A DNA stretch of 56,321 nt, the filler included, from Sluysia triapertura (Eukaryota), in assembly GCA_046118255.1 (NCBI GenBank). It is 4 parts of 4 records of this genome, joined end to end, with 100 filler letters (N's around TTAATTAATTAA, not from the genome) between each part and the next. Parts side by side here need not be neighbours in the genome. Positions count along the whole stretch, not along the records: positions 1 to 14,707 come from JBJNIA010251198.1; positions 14,808 to 26,390 come from JBJNIA010183146.1; 2 more parts are not named here. One strand, given 5' to 3'. Under the pieces are notes generated by a model, which worked only from the letters and a program-made list of their open reading frames with translations, ran no database searches and had not been told where the DNA came from. Each line of letters opens with the position of its first letter. Position 1 is the stretch's first letter. Of this stretch, positions 12,593 to 25,449 are shown one piece after another. A program made the translations under genes and the position numbers.

Positions 12593-13130
12593 CATAAAGT
12601 AGCACAAATCGCGACGATATATACTAAAAATTTAATATTGGAATTAGTAACTAGTGGTCTAAGTCGAACATAACAAAAGGAATTCTTGAAAAAAGTTGCT
12701 GATATCATCGTTGCTACACCAGTGTTTGACGAAACAGATAAGATTTTAGAAACTGGATTTAAAGATCAAGCTGAAGAAATTGTTTTCAGCTGCAATTACA
12801 GAAGATTTAACGATATTAACTGACAAAATTATTAACAAATCGGAATTTATTCGAGTACAAAATATTTACAGTTCCAATAACTCATATGGTATTGAATCAA
12901 TCGATTGTGATGAATTAGATTCGGACCATGAGAATGATGCAGTAGAAAATAAACAAATGAAATAAAAGTTACTTCTACAAGCAATCTTTTTACTATTAAT
13001 CTTACATGCTGGTTATCATGATCATGCCATTGCTTTTACATCAGCTAAGAAAGCATGCCACCCTTTATATGCTGAATTCCATACTGATATGGCATGAAAA
13101 CAGCGTTTAGATGCACTTAGGCGGTTTGTT
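12593..13130 (+). pseudogene. DDX27: DEAD-box helicase (DDX27/DRS1-like) pseudogene relic
   Basis: DIIVATP|VFDETDKILETGFKDQAEEI|LFSAAITEDL... (motifs Ib, II, III joined by deletions), then YHDHAIAFTSAKKACH..AEFHTDMA*KQRLDALRRF, matching DDX27 FTDHVMLFTQTKKQAH...GELHGNLSQTQRLEALRRF; stops and frameshifts present. Confidence 0.75.
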
Positions 13131-14099
13131 TTAGCTCGGAAATCGGATGATACATCAATTTTTCAATTTGTTTTATGTCTCAAGTATTTAATTTTAACTA
13201 TTTCTATAAAAAGTTTTAATGTGCAGTAAAGTTTTGTTGCAAATTAAATTCAGGCTTTTATTTTTACTTTTGTTACATGTTTTTGTTTAATAATTTTAAC
13301 AGTAAAAAGGGCCTTAGGTCCATATTAATTAAATAGAACGGGCCTTAAGCCCAAATTTTATAATTTTGTTCATAATTGTCTTACCACAAATCATAAGGTG
13401 ATTTTATTTACCATAACCTGATTTTATTTAGCCATTACACAGTATAAATTTTAATTCACCAATTAATAAATTATGGCCTTTATCACACAGAGTTAATATT
13501 TTAGAAATATAAATAAAAGGAAACTATTTTTATTTATAAATTGTTTATTTCAAACTAATTTTTTCCGAAACCTTCATCATTTATAAATTGACTGATAGAA
13601 TAAATAATATTTAACAAGAACAATAAGAATAAAGTAATATAAGAATAAGAGATTGACAAAATAACAAGAGAAGGAAAATAAATAATAAAAGTAACACTAA
13701 TATAGTAATATAACAGCAATAATACTATAACAATAATTTTAATATATTAGATTTTAGATTGTTGTTGTATGTAAATGTTAAAGTAAGTTGTGTGTAGTGT
13801 GATAAGTGTTTCTGATTTATTTATATTATTTGTTGCTTTTTAATAAATGTGTTAAGTTGAACCGAAGTTTGTTTATATTTTTGTTTATGAAAGTTATGAT
13901 TCAAGGTTGAGTTCACCATTCTCATTCTATGGGGTTTTCTTTCAATTCAATGTATTTTGCATTTGTACTTTTATTGAATCTAGTATATTTTTCTTTTCCA
14001 CACTTACCTTTCTTCTTTTATAAATTTTATATTATGTGTGATATCTGTAAAGTGTAAATTTTATAAATTTTAATTTGTATTTGATTTTTAAATCATTAT

Positions 14100-14430
14100 T
14101 TTTATTATTAAAAGAATTTTAAATAAGGAAAAGGAATTTTTAAATATTTTTAAAATAAATAATTAAAAATAATTATTTATTTTAGTTTAAAAAGTTTTTA
14201 GTTTTAACATAATTTTTAAATATTTTCAATTTTTTAGAAATTGTTTTTCCAAACCAAAAAAGTAAGGAATTCAAGATGAAGAATTTTGTTATAAATATTT
14301 AGGAAATATTAGGAAAAATCAATCACAATTTCACCTACGAAGATACATAATAAAATTTTCCATGTTAAAGTAATTTTTTATTGATAATTTTTTCGTTCTT
14401 CCATAGTAAGGAAAACATAAAATCTACGTA
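14100..14430 (+). repeat. Partial, inverted, more diverged copy C of the 7918/16105 repeat family
   Basis: CCATGTTAAAGTAATTTTTTATTGATAATTTTTTCG...AAGGAAAACATAAAAT (~14360-14423) resembles the reverse complement of ~8450-8512 and ~16575-16645. Confidence 0.4.
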
Positions 14431-14592
14431 TAATACATTCATTTTATCTAGACTGTAACAGGTTAGTGTAATATAACATAAAATTTTTAGAGAACACCAA
14501 GGAAAGTAATCCATTGAGTGTAATTTAAAATTATTATCTCTGTAAAATATCAGGTCGAGTTATTTATCAAGTCAAATTTATTTGTAAATTAT

Positions 14593-14660
14593 TTATAATA
14601 GTCATCGATCGAATTATTATAATAGTCATCGATCGAATTATTATAATAGTCATCGAATTA
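14593..14660. repeat. Tandem repeat, 24-bp unit (TTATAATAGTCATCGATCGAATTA), about 2.7 copies
   Basis: Directly visible. Confidence 0.9.
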
Positions 14661-14707
14661 TAGTTAATATCAAAGTCAAAAGTTCAACCATTATTTTATA
14701 ATTTAAG

Positions 14708-14807
14708 NNNNNNNNNNNNNNNNNNNNNNNNNNNNNNNNNNNNNNNNNNNNTTAATTAATTAANNNNNNNNNNNNNNNNNNNNNNNNNNNNNNNNNNNNN
14801 NNNNNNN
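14708..14807. other. Artificial contig linker N44-TTAATTAATTAA-N44
   Basis: Fixed 100-bp layout with an all-six-frame stop 12-mer, identical to the other two linkers. Confidence 0.97.
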
Positions 14808-15703
14808 AAAACAAAATTTTCTAGAATAGTTTATTTATTAAAATTATAAAATTAATTATTTAATTTATTATTTCATTATTTTTTTATTATTTCCTAAATT
14901 TATTAATTTTATTAATTTATTATTTCATTATTAAAAAAATTTTTTAGTCTTATTAAATTTTTTTTTAGATTTATTAATTTTCTTAAATTTATTAATTCTA
15001 TTAATCTATTATTTTTATAATAACAATATTAATATATTAATTTTATTAATTTATTATTTCCATAATAACAATATCGATTTTGAAATAAACACAAAACAAA
15101 TTCAACAAAAAACATAAAAATTACTTTACAATATATAATATTTAAGTTATATTATTAAGAAATTCTTAATAATTAGATTAAATTATTTTGAATAGAATTT
15201 TACTTCATTAAAATAATAGTATATTTTATTTCTTCGTTAACGAAGAACAAACTTAATAAAAAGCTAATGAAATCGGTTGCAAAATTATAATCTAATGAGC
15301 TAGGTTTAAATAACCAAACGTTGTTTCAAAGGTTTGATCGATTTTTGTCTTATGTCATTTAATTTTATTTGTTTTTCGTGATTTCAAGCTTTCTCATCTA
15401 TTTATACGCCCAATAATGCTTTGTAGCAATAAAATCTTGATGTTTTTTTGCAACCATAAAAACTTAATATTAATGTTTTCTGGAAACTAAAATTCCATTC
15501 TTATTTTATAACTTTTACTATTGATACTCTTGAATTGTCAAAGTTCCGACTTAAAATTTTATTTGAATAATTATTTTGTTATTATTCTAATACATTATTG
15601 GAGTATACCTTGATATGATTTAGATTCGTTGGCTGTAGAATATGATTTGGTACCATATAATAAATTTAAGTGAATTTTTAATATACTAATAATAATGCAA
15701 TTA

Positions 15704-15736
<33 letters not shown>

Positions 15737-16104
15737 TGATGATGATGATGATGAATGCACTAATAAGTTTAGTAATATAGAGTTATCGTTGGGAATGATT
15801 TGGTAATAAAGTGTCATTAAAAATAAATGTATGTAAAAATAAGATTATACAGTAAGTCTGCATATAAAATCTATAAATTTAAATCATAAAAATTTAAATA
15901 AAGTAACACAAGTGACTACATAATAATATAAAGTGTATCTGAATAATGTATCTGACTGAATAATAAATTAAATACATACATTATGAGTTAACATTATGAA
16001 AATAGAAAGAAATTGGCCAAATAATAGAAATTAAGTATAAGAAAAAATTATTGTGGCAGAGATATTATAGTGCGAATAATTTTCTTTAAATAACTTAACC
16101 TACT

Positions 16105-16930
16105 TGCAAAATATCTGATGAGTCGGTTCACCTAATACATACGATTTATACCACTATTGGAGACGTTTTATTAGGATTTTTATAACTTATATTTAACTTA
16201 AGAACTTTAAAAACTTTTTGCTTATACCTTAATGTATATATTTAACAATAATTAACTTTTTAAATTTCTTCAATTAATTTATATATTTACGCAACCCGTA
16301 TTAAGGTGTTGCTTTGAAAATATAATAGTATTTTAGAAGATTACGCAACCAGTATTAATGTGTTGGTTTAAACAATATTTTAGGAGATTTTACTATAAAC
16401 TTTCTACTAATAACAATTAAGTTCTATTATAGAAACAAAAAACGTAATTTACAAAACTTGGCTGTAATACAAATATTCAAATTAAAAAACTCAACCGTAG
16501 TTGGTTTTGTTATAAGTTTAAAAGGAAAGTACGAAACCCGTATTAAGGTGTTGCATGAAAATAAAATGATTTTAAAATTTGTGTTTCCTATATTATAGTG
16601 AAACATAAAACCTTATACAAAAATTAATTACTTGTATGACATGGGATCCGTGATAAAATTTAATGTAGTCTTCGGGGTGTTGCTTTAAATTTTTTCCAAC
16701 CCAACTAAATTGACTAAATCTTACTAAAATTTTGAATCTAAATTTTTCTTTTAGGGTGTTATTATGCTAAAATTTTATAACGGTTACTTATAGTATTTTT
16801 TCTTCTTCAATATGGCTTCCAACCAAAAATATTTAATAAAGAAAATAATACAATAATTAAAATACTAAAATAATTTTTCTAAATAAAAGAATAAAAATTT
16901 AAACAAATAATTTACTTTTTAAAAATTTAA
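16105..16930 (-). mobile_element. Dispersed repeat copy B, same architecture as 7918-8780
   Basis: Conserved block 16105-16188; motifs at 16292, 16346, 16534; CATGGGATC landmark at ~16640 corresponds to CATGGATC at ~8507. Confidence 0.55.
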
Positions 16931-17589
16931 ATTGAATTTCTATAAATTATTAATTATTAATTTTGTTAATTTTAAAATTTTTTAAATTTTATTTTTCGGA
17001 TTACATATTTTCTTTTTTAATTTTGATGTAATAATAATACTTAATTAATAAAATTTTTCTATAACATATATAATAAAACTTTAAAGAAATTTTACAAAAA
17101 TTTAGTTTCTTAATTTCTAACAATAGAATGAAATTATTAATTAATTATTATTAGACTACTTAACTGTATAAATGCAATATGAAGCTGACCAAAATTATTG
17201 GAAATAATATTATGAATATTTTTCGACTTTGTTAACATCTTAGCAAATATGCGGAGTAACGCCACCACTTACAATAGTTTTTTACGAATATTTTGGATTG
17301 CACTTGGATAATTACTATATGATAATCTTGAATTATAGGTATTTTAGTTTATATTTTGATAATTCGAATAACAATCTGAACTAAGTGCTGAGTTTATGAG
17401 TAATTTGTATAATATTTAATAATCATTAATTAAAACATAATTAAGCACTAATTTAAATTTAATTAACCATCAAATATGAGTATGGTCTGTTTTGTTTTAT
17501 TATTTTATTTTATCAATAATTACAACTGTACTTTTACTTTCATTTTATCATAAATAAATTTTAGTGCGATAATTTGTTTTATCACGTGA

Positions 17590-17721
17590 GACTAAAAAGA
17601 GAGTTTGTATTAAAAATATGAGTAAAGAACTCTGATTTCAAAATACAACTTAAAATACGACTAAAAAGAGAGTTTGTATTAAAAATATGAGTAAAGAACT
17701 CTGATTTCAAAATACAACTTA
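17590..17721. repeat. Near-tandem duplication: 63-bp identical unit, 69-bp period
   Basis: GACTAAAAAGAGAG...AAATACAACTTA at 17590-17652 and 17659-17721. Confidence 0.92.
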
Positions 17722-18813
17722 TAAATAAATCAAGATTAAGAAGTTGATATTTTAACGTAACGAGTTAATAAACTAAAGTAATTTAATCAAAACGAATTTC
17801 GAATCAACAAAAATTTAACAACTTGACATTACTATTTTGTAACTAAATTGGTATAAATAATCAAAGTAGTGTTAACTAGTTTGAATATTGAAATAAAATT
17901 ATCTACCATTATATATAAAATGGGTGAATATTTGCTTGTAATATATTCAAAGTGTTTTTTGAATATGGGTGAACCTCTTTTCTGGTTTATAGTGGATTGT
18001 AGTAGTAAAGTCTTGCTATAAAATCTCAAAATGCTATCCATGTAGAAATTATTTTCATCCAAACACAAAATGTTGTCTAACATTTTCTTGACATCGAGAA
18101 ACCAATTTTGAATGGAAACAATATTTATAGTGTGTATGAAAAATATATTCTCATGGTAAATATTTATAATATATATTTCAATGAAATTTTTTGGAATTTT
18201 TTATGATTGGTTAAAAGAGAAAAAAGAAATTAAAATTGCACGTTACTTATAACTTGTACAACTGAAAAAATTATCATATGAATTTATACATGAATTAAAA
18301 GTAAAATGACATTTCAGGTTATTCGATAATGAATATGATCATTTAGTTTTATAATTTTAATGATAAATGATTAGACATGCAATTTATTAAAATACGAATT
18401 TAATGTATTGTTTACAAATAATATTCGAAACTACAAATTTAAACCTCACGGTATTTATAAATTGAAGATTTTAATGAGATGAATTACACAATTACACCAT
18501 CTACGTTTTATTTCACAACAGCATAAACACAGCTTATGCTCTGTTGATAACGTCTGCATTATAATAAAATAACAGCAACATTAAAGATAATTATTTTAAC
18601 GGTTGATCATACAATATTTTTGCAGCACCAATTTAAAATTAAATTGCGCACAGTGTGGTTAAATTTATTTTATCGACATTTATGTTGAAATTAATACAAA
18701 GTTTACATAAGAAAATAAATTTGTTGTACTCTTACATTAATTTTGTGCGCAAATACTTAAAATTATTGAATTCATCATTTCCACATTTAATAAAGTTTAT
18801 TAATTATATTTAG

Positions 18814-18919
18814 CTATTCAACGGTGATTTTGTAGATCGTGGTTCTTTTTCAGTTGAATGCATTTTTACATTGTTCGGATTTAAATTATTATATCCAAAT
18901 TATTTTTTTATGTCCAGAG
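18814..18919 (+). CDS. PPP5C: Ser/Thr protein phosphatase 5, internal exon (GDFVDRG motif); 5' exons not in this contig
   Basis: tag|[36 protein letters not shown]|gttagt; phase 1 end. Confidence 0.95.
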
Positions 18920-19621
18920 GTTAGTAAATTTGTGAATTCAACAAAGTTTCCATTTCATTTAGCAAAAAATATTTCCTTTGAATTTTTATAAAATTCATTA
19001 TTTCATTGTGTAATATGAATTATAAGGCAAGGATAAAAATAAATGATAATCAGTGGCGCAACTACAAAAATAGCCCCATAAAAGAATCAAAATAATTATT
19101 TTTATCAATTTATTGTTAAAATTGTCAAAGATTAGTAAATGTATAATATTCAAAAACAATGAATTTTAATTTATATATATTTGTTCTAAAGTTCACAAAT
19201 ATTCAAATATTTGTATTATTTTAATGAAGAAAAATGGGTTTCTCACTAGCATTGACTCGTAAGCATTACTTACCTTTGCTACTCCGTAGTTGCACCATTG
19301 ATGATAATTGAAACATAATTTACAATATTATTATGACAGGATTAAGTATTTTTCTCTATCTGTTTTGTACATTTATTGTTATTTCACTTGCGAAAGAACT
19401 TTAAATATTGTGTCGTATTCGCGTAGTCTTAGTAAGTGTGATGCTTTATTAGTTCAGAATTTTCACTTTTCAGGATTAGAATTTGATATTGGGGTTAGTT
19501 GACTTATTATTTGGTACTATAATTTGTACTAAAATTCCAAGAGTAATTACTAGAATTAAATTGAATACGTAAGGCATTTTACATATTTTTGTATTGGTTT
19601 AAAATCTTACATGTTTTACAG

Positions 19622-19764
19622 GTAATCATGAATCAGAAAATATGAATCAAATGTATGGATTTGAGGGTGAAGTGAAAGCGAAGTATTCGAGTAAAATGGT
19701 AGAAATGTTTACAGAAGTGTTTAATTGGCTTCCATTGGTTCATCTAATTAATAAACGAATCCTT
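19622..19764 (+). CDS. PPP5C: PP5 exon (GNHE motif)
   Basis: cag|(G)[47 protein letters not shown]|gtgagt; phases match flanking exons. Confidence 0.95.
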
Positions 19765-21125
19765 GTGAGTTTGTTTAGATTTTTAATTGGATGTAATTAT
19801 TACAAATTAATTGTAATTAGGATAGCTATTTATCTTATACTAGAAATCAAAACAGATGTTTTTTCGTAATGCATAAACAATTTAAAACTATAAAACAATA
19901 CATTAAATAAATTACTTAAATATAACAATTAATTAAGAATCATTCTTATGGTTTAAATTATATTTCGAAATGTCTTCATTTTCTTCCGAAACAAAGCTTC
20001 TTTAAAATCATTATTTTACAGCGATAAACGCCCAGATCTGAGTTTATCAAGAATGATTTTTGTGTGTATTGGATCTTAAATTGAACTTTTATTTCACTGC
20101 TTTTTGAATTATTTTTAAAAATAAAAATCTACCTTCAAAGTAAATAACACTCATAATAAGATGTGGCGGCTATAAAATAACTTCAAGCAATATAATTTTT
20201 CTTGTATTTACTTTTTTTGATTGATTAGTAGTGGCTAAGTAAAATTGCATTAATTTTTTAAACATCTTACAAATGTATTCATTAATTATTTGTTACACTT
20301 AAATACTACTTTATTGTATCTTATTTCGTTTTACTAAATTTAGCTTAAATTTGCTCTCCACATCTGAAACACCCAGTATTGTTTTAAGAGTATAATTACA
20401 ATATTTCCTAAATGAAAATTAATATAACATACAAAATTAAATTTCCTTGAATAATCATTAAATGTATTTCAAATTCTTTAGAGTTTCTTATTAAATAAAA
20501 ATCACCCTTTTCATTTTTCAACGTGACTGAACAATTTCTTTTGTTAACTATGATTATTTACTATTTGATTAATAGAGTTGGCATTCTTTATTATTATCTT
20601 GTTTAAAGTGATATTATATTTTAAGTTTTCAAAATAAATTTTTCATATTGCATTATATTAAAATAATATTACTTAATATTATAAAATAAAATAAACATAG
20701 ATGTGTTTCATCACCATCTTCTAAAGGTTATTTATGCTTTTAATTTTGTTATAGATTTATTTTAATAGATTTATTTTAAGTGCTTTTAATTTTGTTATAG
20801 ATTTATTTTAATAAGATATAATTATCACTTTTCGCGATCTTGCAAACATTTTCTGCAGAAATATTTTTATAAAATAAATATTCTGTTGTCACTTTATTGT
20901 ACACAAAATTTCAATTAAATAATACTGTACTTATTAATGCTCCTTAATATTTAAAGTATTTAAAGTTGTTTATTTACTTTGTTCCACTAGCAAAAATGGC
21001 TTGTTAGATGTTTTTTGTTTAGCATTTTTATTACACAGAAAATATAAATATTTAAGAAACAATTTTTAGCCATGCATTTTAATGTAATTTCTGTAATATT
21101 AATATTTCGAGTATTGATAATTTAG

Positions 21126-21453
21126 ACTATGCATGGGGGTTTGTTTCGTGATGACGGTGTAACTTTGGATGACATTAGACTTGTCGATAGAAATCGACAA
21201 CCACCAGATTCTGGTCTTATGTGCGACTTATTGTGGTCTGATCCCCAAGCGCCTCGTGGTCGCGCACCTAGTAAGCGAGGTGTTGGTTGCCAATTTGGAC
21301 CTGATGTAACTGCAGAGTTTTGCCGAGCGAATCAATTAGATTATATTGTACGTAGTCATGAAGTGAAGGATGAAGGTTATGAAGTAGCGCATGATGAAAA
21401 GTGTATTACCGTTTTTAGTGCACCAAACTATTGTGATACTATGAGAAACAGAG
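21126..21453 (+). CDS. PPP5C: PP5 exon (HGG, DLLWSDP, RSHE, SAPNYC motifs)
   Basis: tag|TMHGGLF...DLLWSDPQ...[14 protein letters not shown]...VRSHE...[14 protein letters not shown]|gtatat. Confidence 0.97.
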
Positions 21454-23802
21454 GTATATTTTTTATAAGTATAAGTTTATGGTGTAATTGGGAAAAATTA
21501 ATTATAGAAATAATTTAATTTAACTGCATAAAATGTTAATATTTTATTAAAATTCGTATTCAATTTTGTAAGACGTTTATAAAATTACGATAGAACAATG
21601 AAGCATATACTTTTATTTATGATAAATCGTTGATTATCTCCTTCAATTTTAACCCATCAACAACGTCTTGCATTTTCAAAGATTTTTTGAAAAAATAATT
21701 ATTAGTGCATATAGTTAATATTTTGAATTTGAAATATCCTTACTAGATATTTTGTTTGACTTAAGTAACATTATTATTAATGTTATACTAATTTTTAGTG
21801 TTTTTTGGCTCATTCAATTTGTCATTAGGCTTTCATAGGTCTTATCGATAGAAATAATTGATTCCAAATCTACTAATTAATATGCTAAAATTTCAAGAAT
21901 AAAATTGCATATTTTCGTGGTAACTCTAGATGTACCTTCATATAGTTCGATAGAATCCAATGAAGAATCCAAATTGTGAAAAACTTGATAATAATTTATA
22001 TATCGGTGGATTAACAATTTAATAAAGCGATAAACAATTTAATTAGATCATTTTTACGTAATATAATTTATTATTTTAGAATTATATTTTATAAAATATA
22101 TTACGAAGCTGCAACAATGGACAATTCAACTTTATTGTGTGAATGATGCTTGAAAATATTTGAAAGAGGAAATCTATCATCATCAAATTTCGAAACATTC
22201 TAGTCTTGTATTCAATTAGATTGAGCTTCACTTTTGAAAAACATGATATTTTCTTTAGAAATCTTGTGTTTTCTTGACGAGTCGACATAATAAGCAACGC
22301 TAAGAATATAACAATGTAAATACATACTTTGCTGCCTAAAACATTTGATAAAATCTCTTGATAACTTATAGTTTAATACTGGTTCTTTACCGTAATGATT
22401 TGATACTCTGGAGTTTGTATCTTATTTATGAGGAGTATATTATTTTATGTTTGAGTGCAATTTTGTTTACAATTATAATGTACTAATCTTGAGTTCACTA
22501 CAATGAGTATATGGTTTTTTCCTTATCTTGCTCTTCTCGAATAAAATATGGCATGCAAAAATTTTTTTAATCTATATGTAAAATAAATTTGCTGTATTTA
22601 TTAATCTCGGTTAATTAAAGTTATGCTAAAACGTGTTTTAATCGTTCATCTAACGTAATAAATTTTTCTGTTGTAGGACTGAGAATATTTTGAAATATGA
22701 TTATTAATATTTGCAAATAGAAATGGTGATAATTGTTAAATATCGCACCAAGTGAATAGGAATGTTCACCTTTTGATTAATTTACTTAATACATAGGAAC
22801 TTCTAACAATTCTGGATTTGTTTATGTGCTTTAATTCTTTAGTGTAAATTTATTTTTTTGTAACCTCCCATGTGGATTCACTATCCGATTATCATAAAAG
22901 GAATTGACTTTGCGATAAAACTTGCACTTCACTATATTTGTTAATTCAGTACTAGGTGAATTCATACTGCTAAATGCTTCCATACCTTTCGATGCATGAA
23001 CAATAAAGGTAAGTCTTATCAGTTGATTCAAAAGAGAAACCATTTTGTGAGTATTCATCTAGGGCATTTGATTTATAAATATCAACTTTGGTATTTTTTG
23101 AAAATCTAGCACAATAGTTAAAATGAACTAAAATATCCGAGTAATTTTATAAATGTATTTAAAATAAATCAAAGTTTCTTTTAATTTGGGGATCTTGTAA
23201 CATGTGTTAAGCGTATTCTAGTATTTAAAGTTAAATGTAATTTTTAAACTGAAATTGACCAAAACAATTAAGTTATTTATCTAATTATGTTGAAAAGTCA
23301 TAATTGAAGTGTTGTTTGACAAGAAGATTGTTAAGATTTCTGAAACTATTGATGTTAATATTGACAGTAATGCTGAAATTGAAGATGAGGTTCTTAAGAG
23401 AAGTGAAAGATGTATAATAAAGTGGTTGAAAAAGTGTAGACCTGTTTAAAATGGTAAATAATTTGTATTTGATAGTTTTGCTGTTTTTTGAGAATAACCT
23501 TTGTGTTTTGTATAAAAATGTAATTGTGATGAGCCATCACACATGTGCAATAACTAATGTTAAATACATGATCCTTTGTATTTTGAAACATGTACACAAA
23601 TATGAATTAATTAAATAATTTCGTTTGATTTCGAGATAGTTAAATAAGATATCTAATAACATTCTTTAAACATTTAAAATCCCAAAAGTACATTAAGTTA
23701 ATTAAAATCATTGAAAGTAAATGGAAGTTTGCAAATATCCAACATGTATTTAAAAGTTAATATTTTTAGCCATATTTTTTAAATTATGTTATTTATTTTA
23801 AG

Positions 23803-23939
23803 GTGCCTATCTTACACTGGAAGGTACAGAAGATCGCAAAAAACCAATGAAGCCTAAATTTTTCTCTTTCAAAGAAGTTCCACATCCAAATGTTAGACCA
23901 ATGGCTTACGCTAACAGCCTTTTATCCTTACTAGCTTAA
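23803..23939 (+). CDS. PPP5C: PP5 terminal exon
   Basis: aag|(G)AYLTLEGTEDRKKPMKPKFFSFKEVPHPNVRPMAYANSLLSLLA*; VPHPNV.PMAYAN is PP5-diagnostic; TAA at 23937-23939. Confidence 0.93.
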
Positions 23940-24048
23940 GTATAATCGTCCGTTTTTGATTCTATGTTAGCTCCATTGCAATCTATATACATTAATCTTG
24001 TATATACATCAATCAATTGTTATGCTATTGGCTGCGTGAATGTTGCTC

Positions 24049-24054
24049 AATAAA
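24049..24054 (+). promoter_or_regulatory. Candidate polyadenylation signal of PP5
   Basis: First AATAAA ~110 nt after the stop, followed by GT/T-rich sequence. Confidence 0.5.
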
Positions 24055-24217
24055 TATATTGAATGATTTTGTTAATTTATTTAAGTTATGTTTGATGTGT
24101 GTATGTTTTTAGAGGTTGATTTTAATTCTATTCACATTAGTTTTTAAATAAAATTTTAATAATCATTTTTTTGCATTTAACATATTAAAAATGTTCTAGC
24201 TTTAGTGTTTAGTTTAA

Positions 24218-24436
24218 TCCATTAACTGCCAATTTTTTTAACTTAAAGATAATTTCCAAGTTTGATTACTTGTTGAAAAGACACGAAGCACAAAATACAC
24301 ACCGTCTTCTATAAACAATATTGACTTGTGTTGATAAAATAACACTTAACTGTCAAACGCACCTGATATATTCTTGGCGTCAAGTGGTATATTTAAAATT
24401 ACAAAATCCCCAAATGCGGTTGTGGCAGTTCATGGG
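24218..24436. mobile_element. piggyBac-type non-autonomous element (MITE)
   Basis: TTAA|TCCATTAACTGCCA ... TGGCAGTTCATGGG|TTAA: 14-bp TIR with 2 mismatches and TTAA target duplications. Confidence 0.75.
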
Positions 24437-25449
24437 TTAAATAATAGATTCATTTTATATTTTACGTTAAAATACCAACATTTTCCATCATTTTGCTCGA
24501 GACTAATTTAAACACGCAAATTTGTTTAAATCAAAACTCTGATTTTGAAGTTACGTTTAATTATGATTTATGTGGTCATGTATTCGTTTATAATTACAAC
24601 GTTCTAGAATAATATTTATAGCACAGTTGTTATGTGATGTATGTAATTTTATTGCAGTGGATTTTAGGAATTTTTATAAAAATTAAAGCTATCAAATTAA
24701 ATATATAATAATGTCAAAAGGTCAGTTTAACGAGATGTCAATAATTATAAAGCCACTGTCTATATTGTTGCACACTAGTTTAAGAAATCGATATTGCTCA
24801 TACTTGAATTTTTCCGTAATGAATGCGATGTTTGTGTGATAATATAATCTAGATTGATTTACAAATATTTTTCTACTGGAGTTACATTATTTGTAAATTA
24901 CAGTTGTAATTTCTGTTATTTTATTTGCTAATTAATACAGTGTTATTTAAAATTTGTTTGAAGTTTTTTAAATTTATACTTATGGAAATTAAGTATTTGA
25001 ATTGTATTACCAAAAATTACAGATACTATTTTAAATATTAATTAAATTTATCCAGGTATTCCACGTCTTCATAATAAACATTTTATCATGAATAGAATCA
25101 ATTTAATTGCACTTCATGCTTTGAATCATGTTTAGATGTACCAATCTTAACATGTTGAACCAAAGGCAGTTTATACAATTAAATTTTTTAAAGTCTGTTA
25201 AATGTCACACTAATTTTGCATGGCTTGCCCGTGTGGCCAAAATGAATTTCTCAGTATGTGTTTCATATTTCGATTAAATATTATTTACAACAGAACAGTT
25301 AATTTTTGAATTCATTCGTGACGCATTAATTCACTGAGGTCACCGGTGAACCCCATGATATTCAATGTGTTAACTCAAAGACCCACTAATAATATAAATT
25401 AACTAAAAAATGTGTCGGAAGTTTTTGATTGCCATTTTCGTCTATTCAA

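Noticed and set aside
7918-13130. Alternative genetic code (TAA/TAG read as sense) explaining in-frame stops
   Set aside because: Intact PP5 and HECTD1 exons contain no in-frame TAA/TAG, PP5 ends in TAA, and the relics also have frameshifts and deletions.
16113-16175. Hammerhead ribozyme (CTGATGAG here, CTGAGGAG at 7928; the variable base matches core position 7)
   Set aside because: No GAAA follows the possible GTC/GAC stem II in either copy, and no stem I/III with an NUH site can be built.
21838-21856. Resemblance to a planarian spliced-leader sequence (GGTCTTATCGA)
   Set aside because: Only ~11 nt match; no SL donor or Sm-site context.
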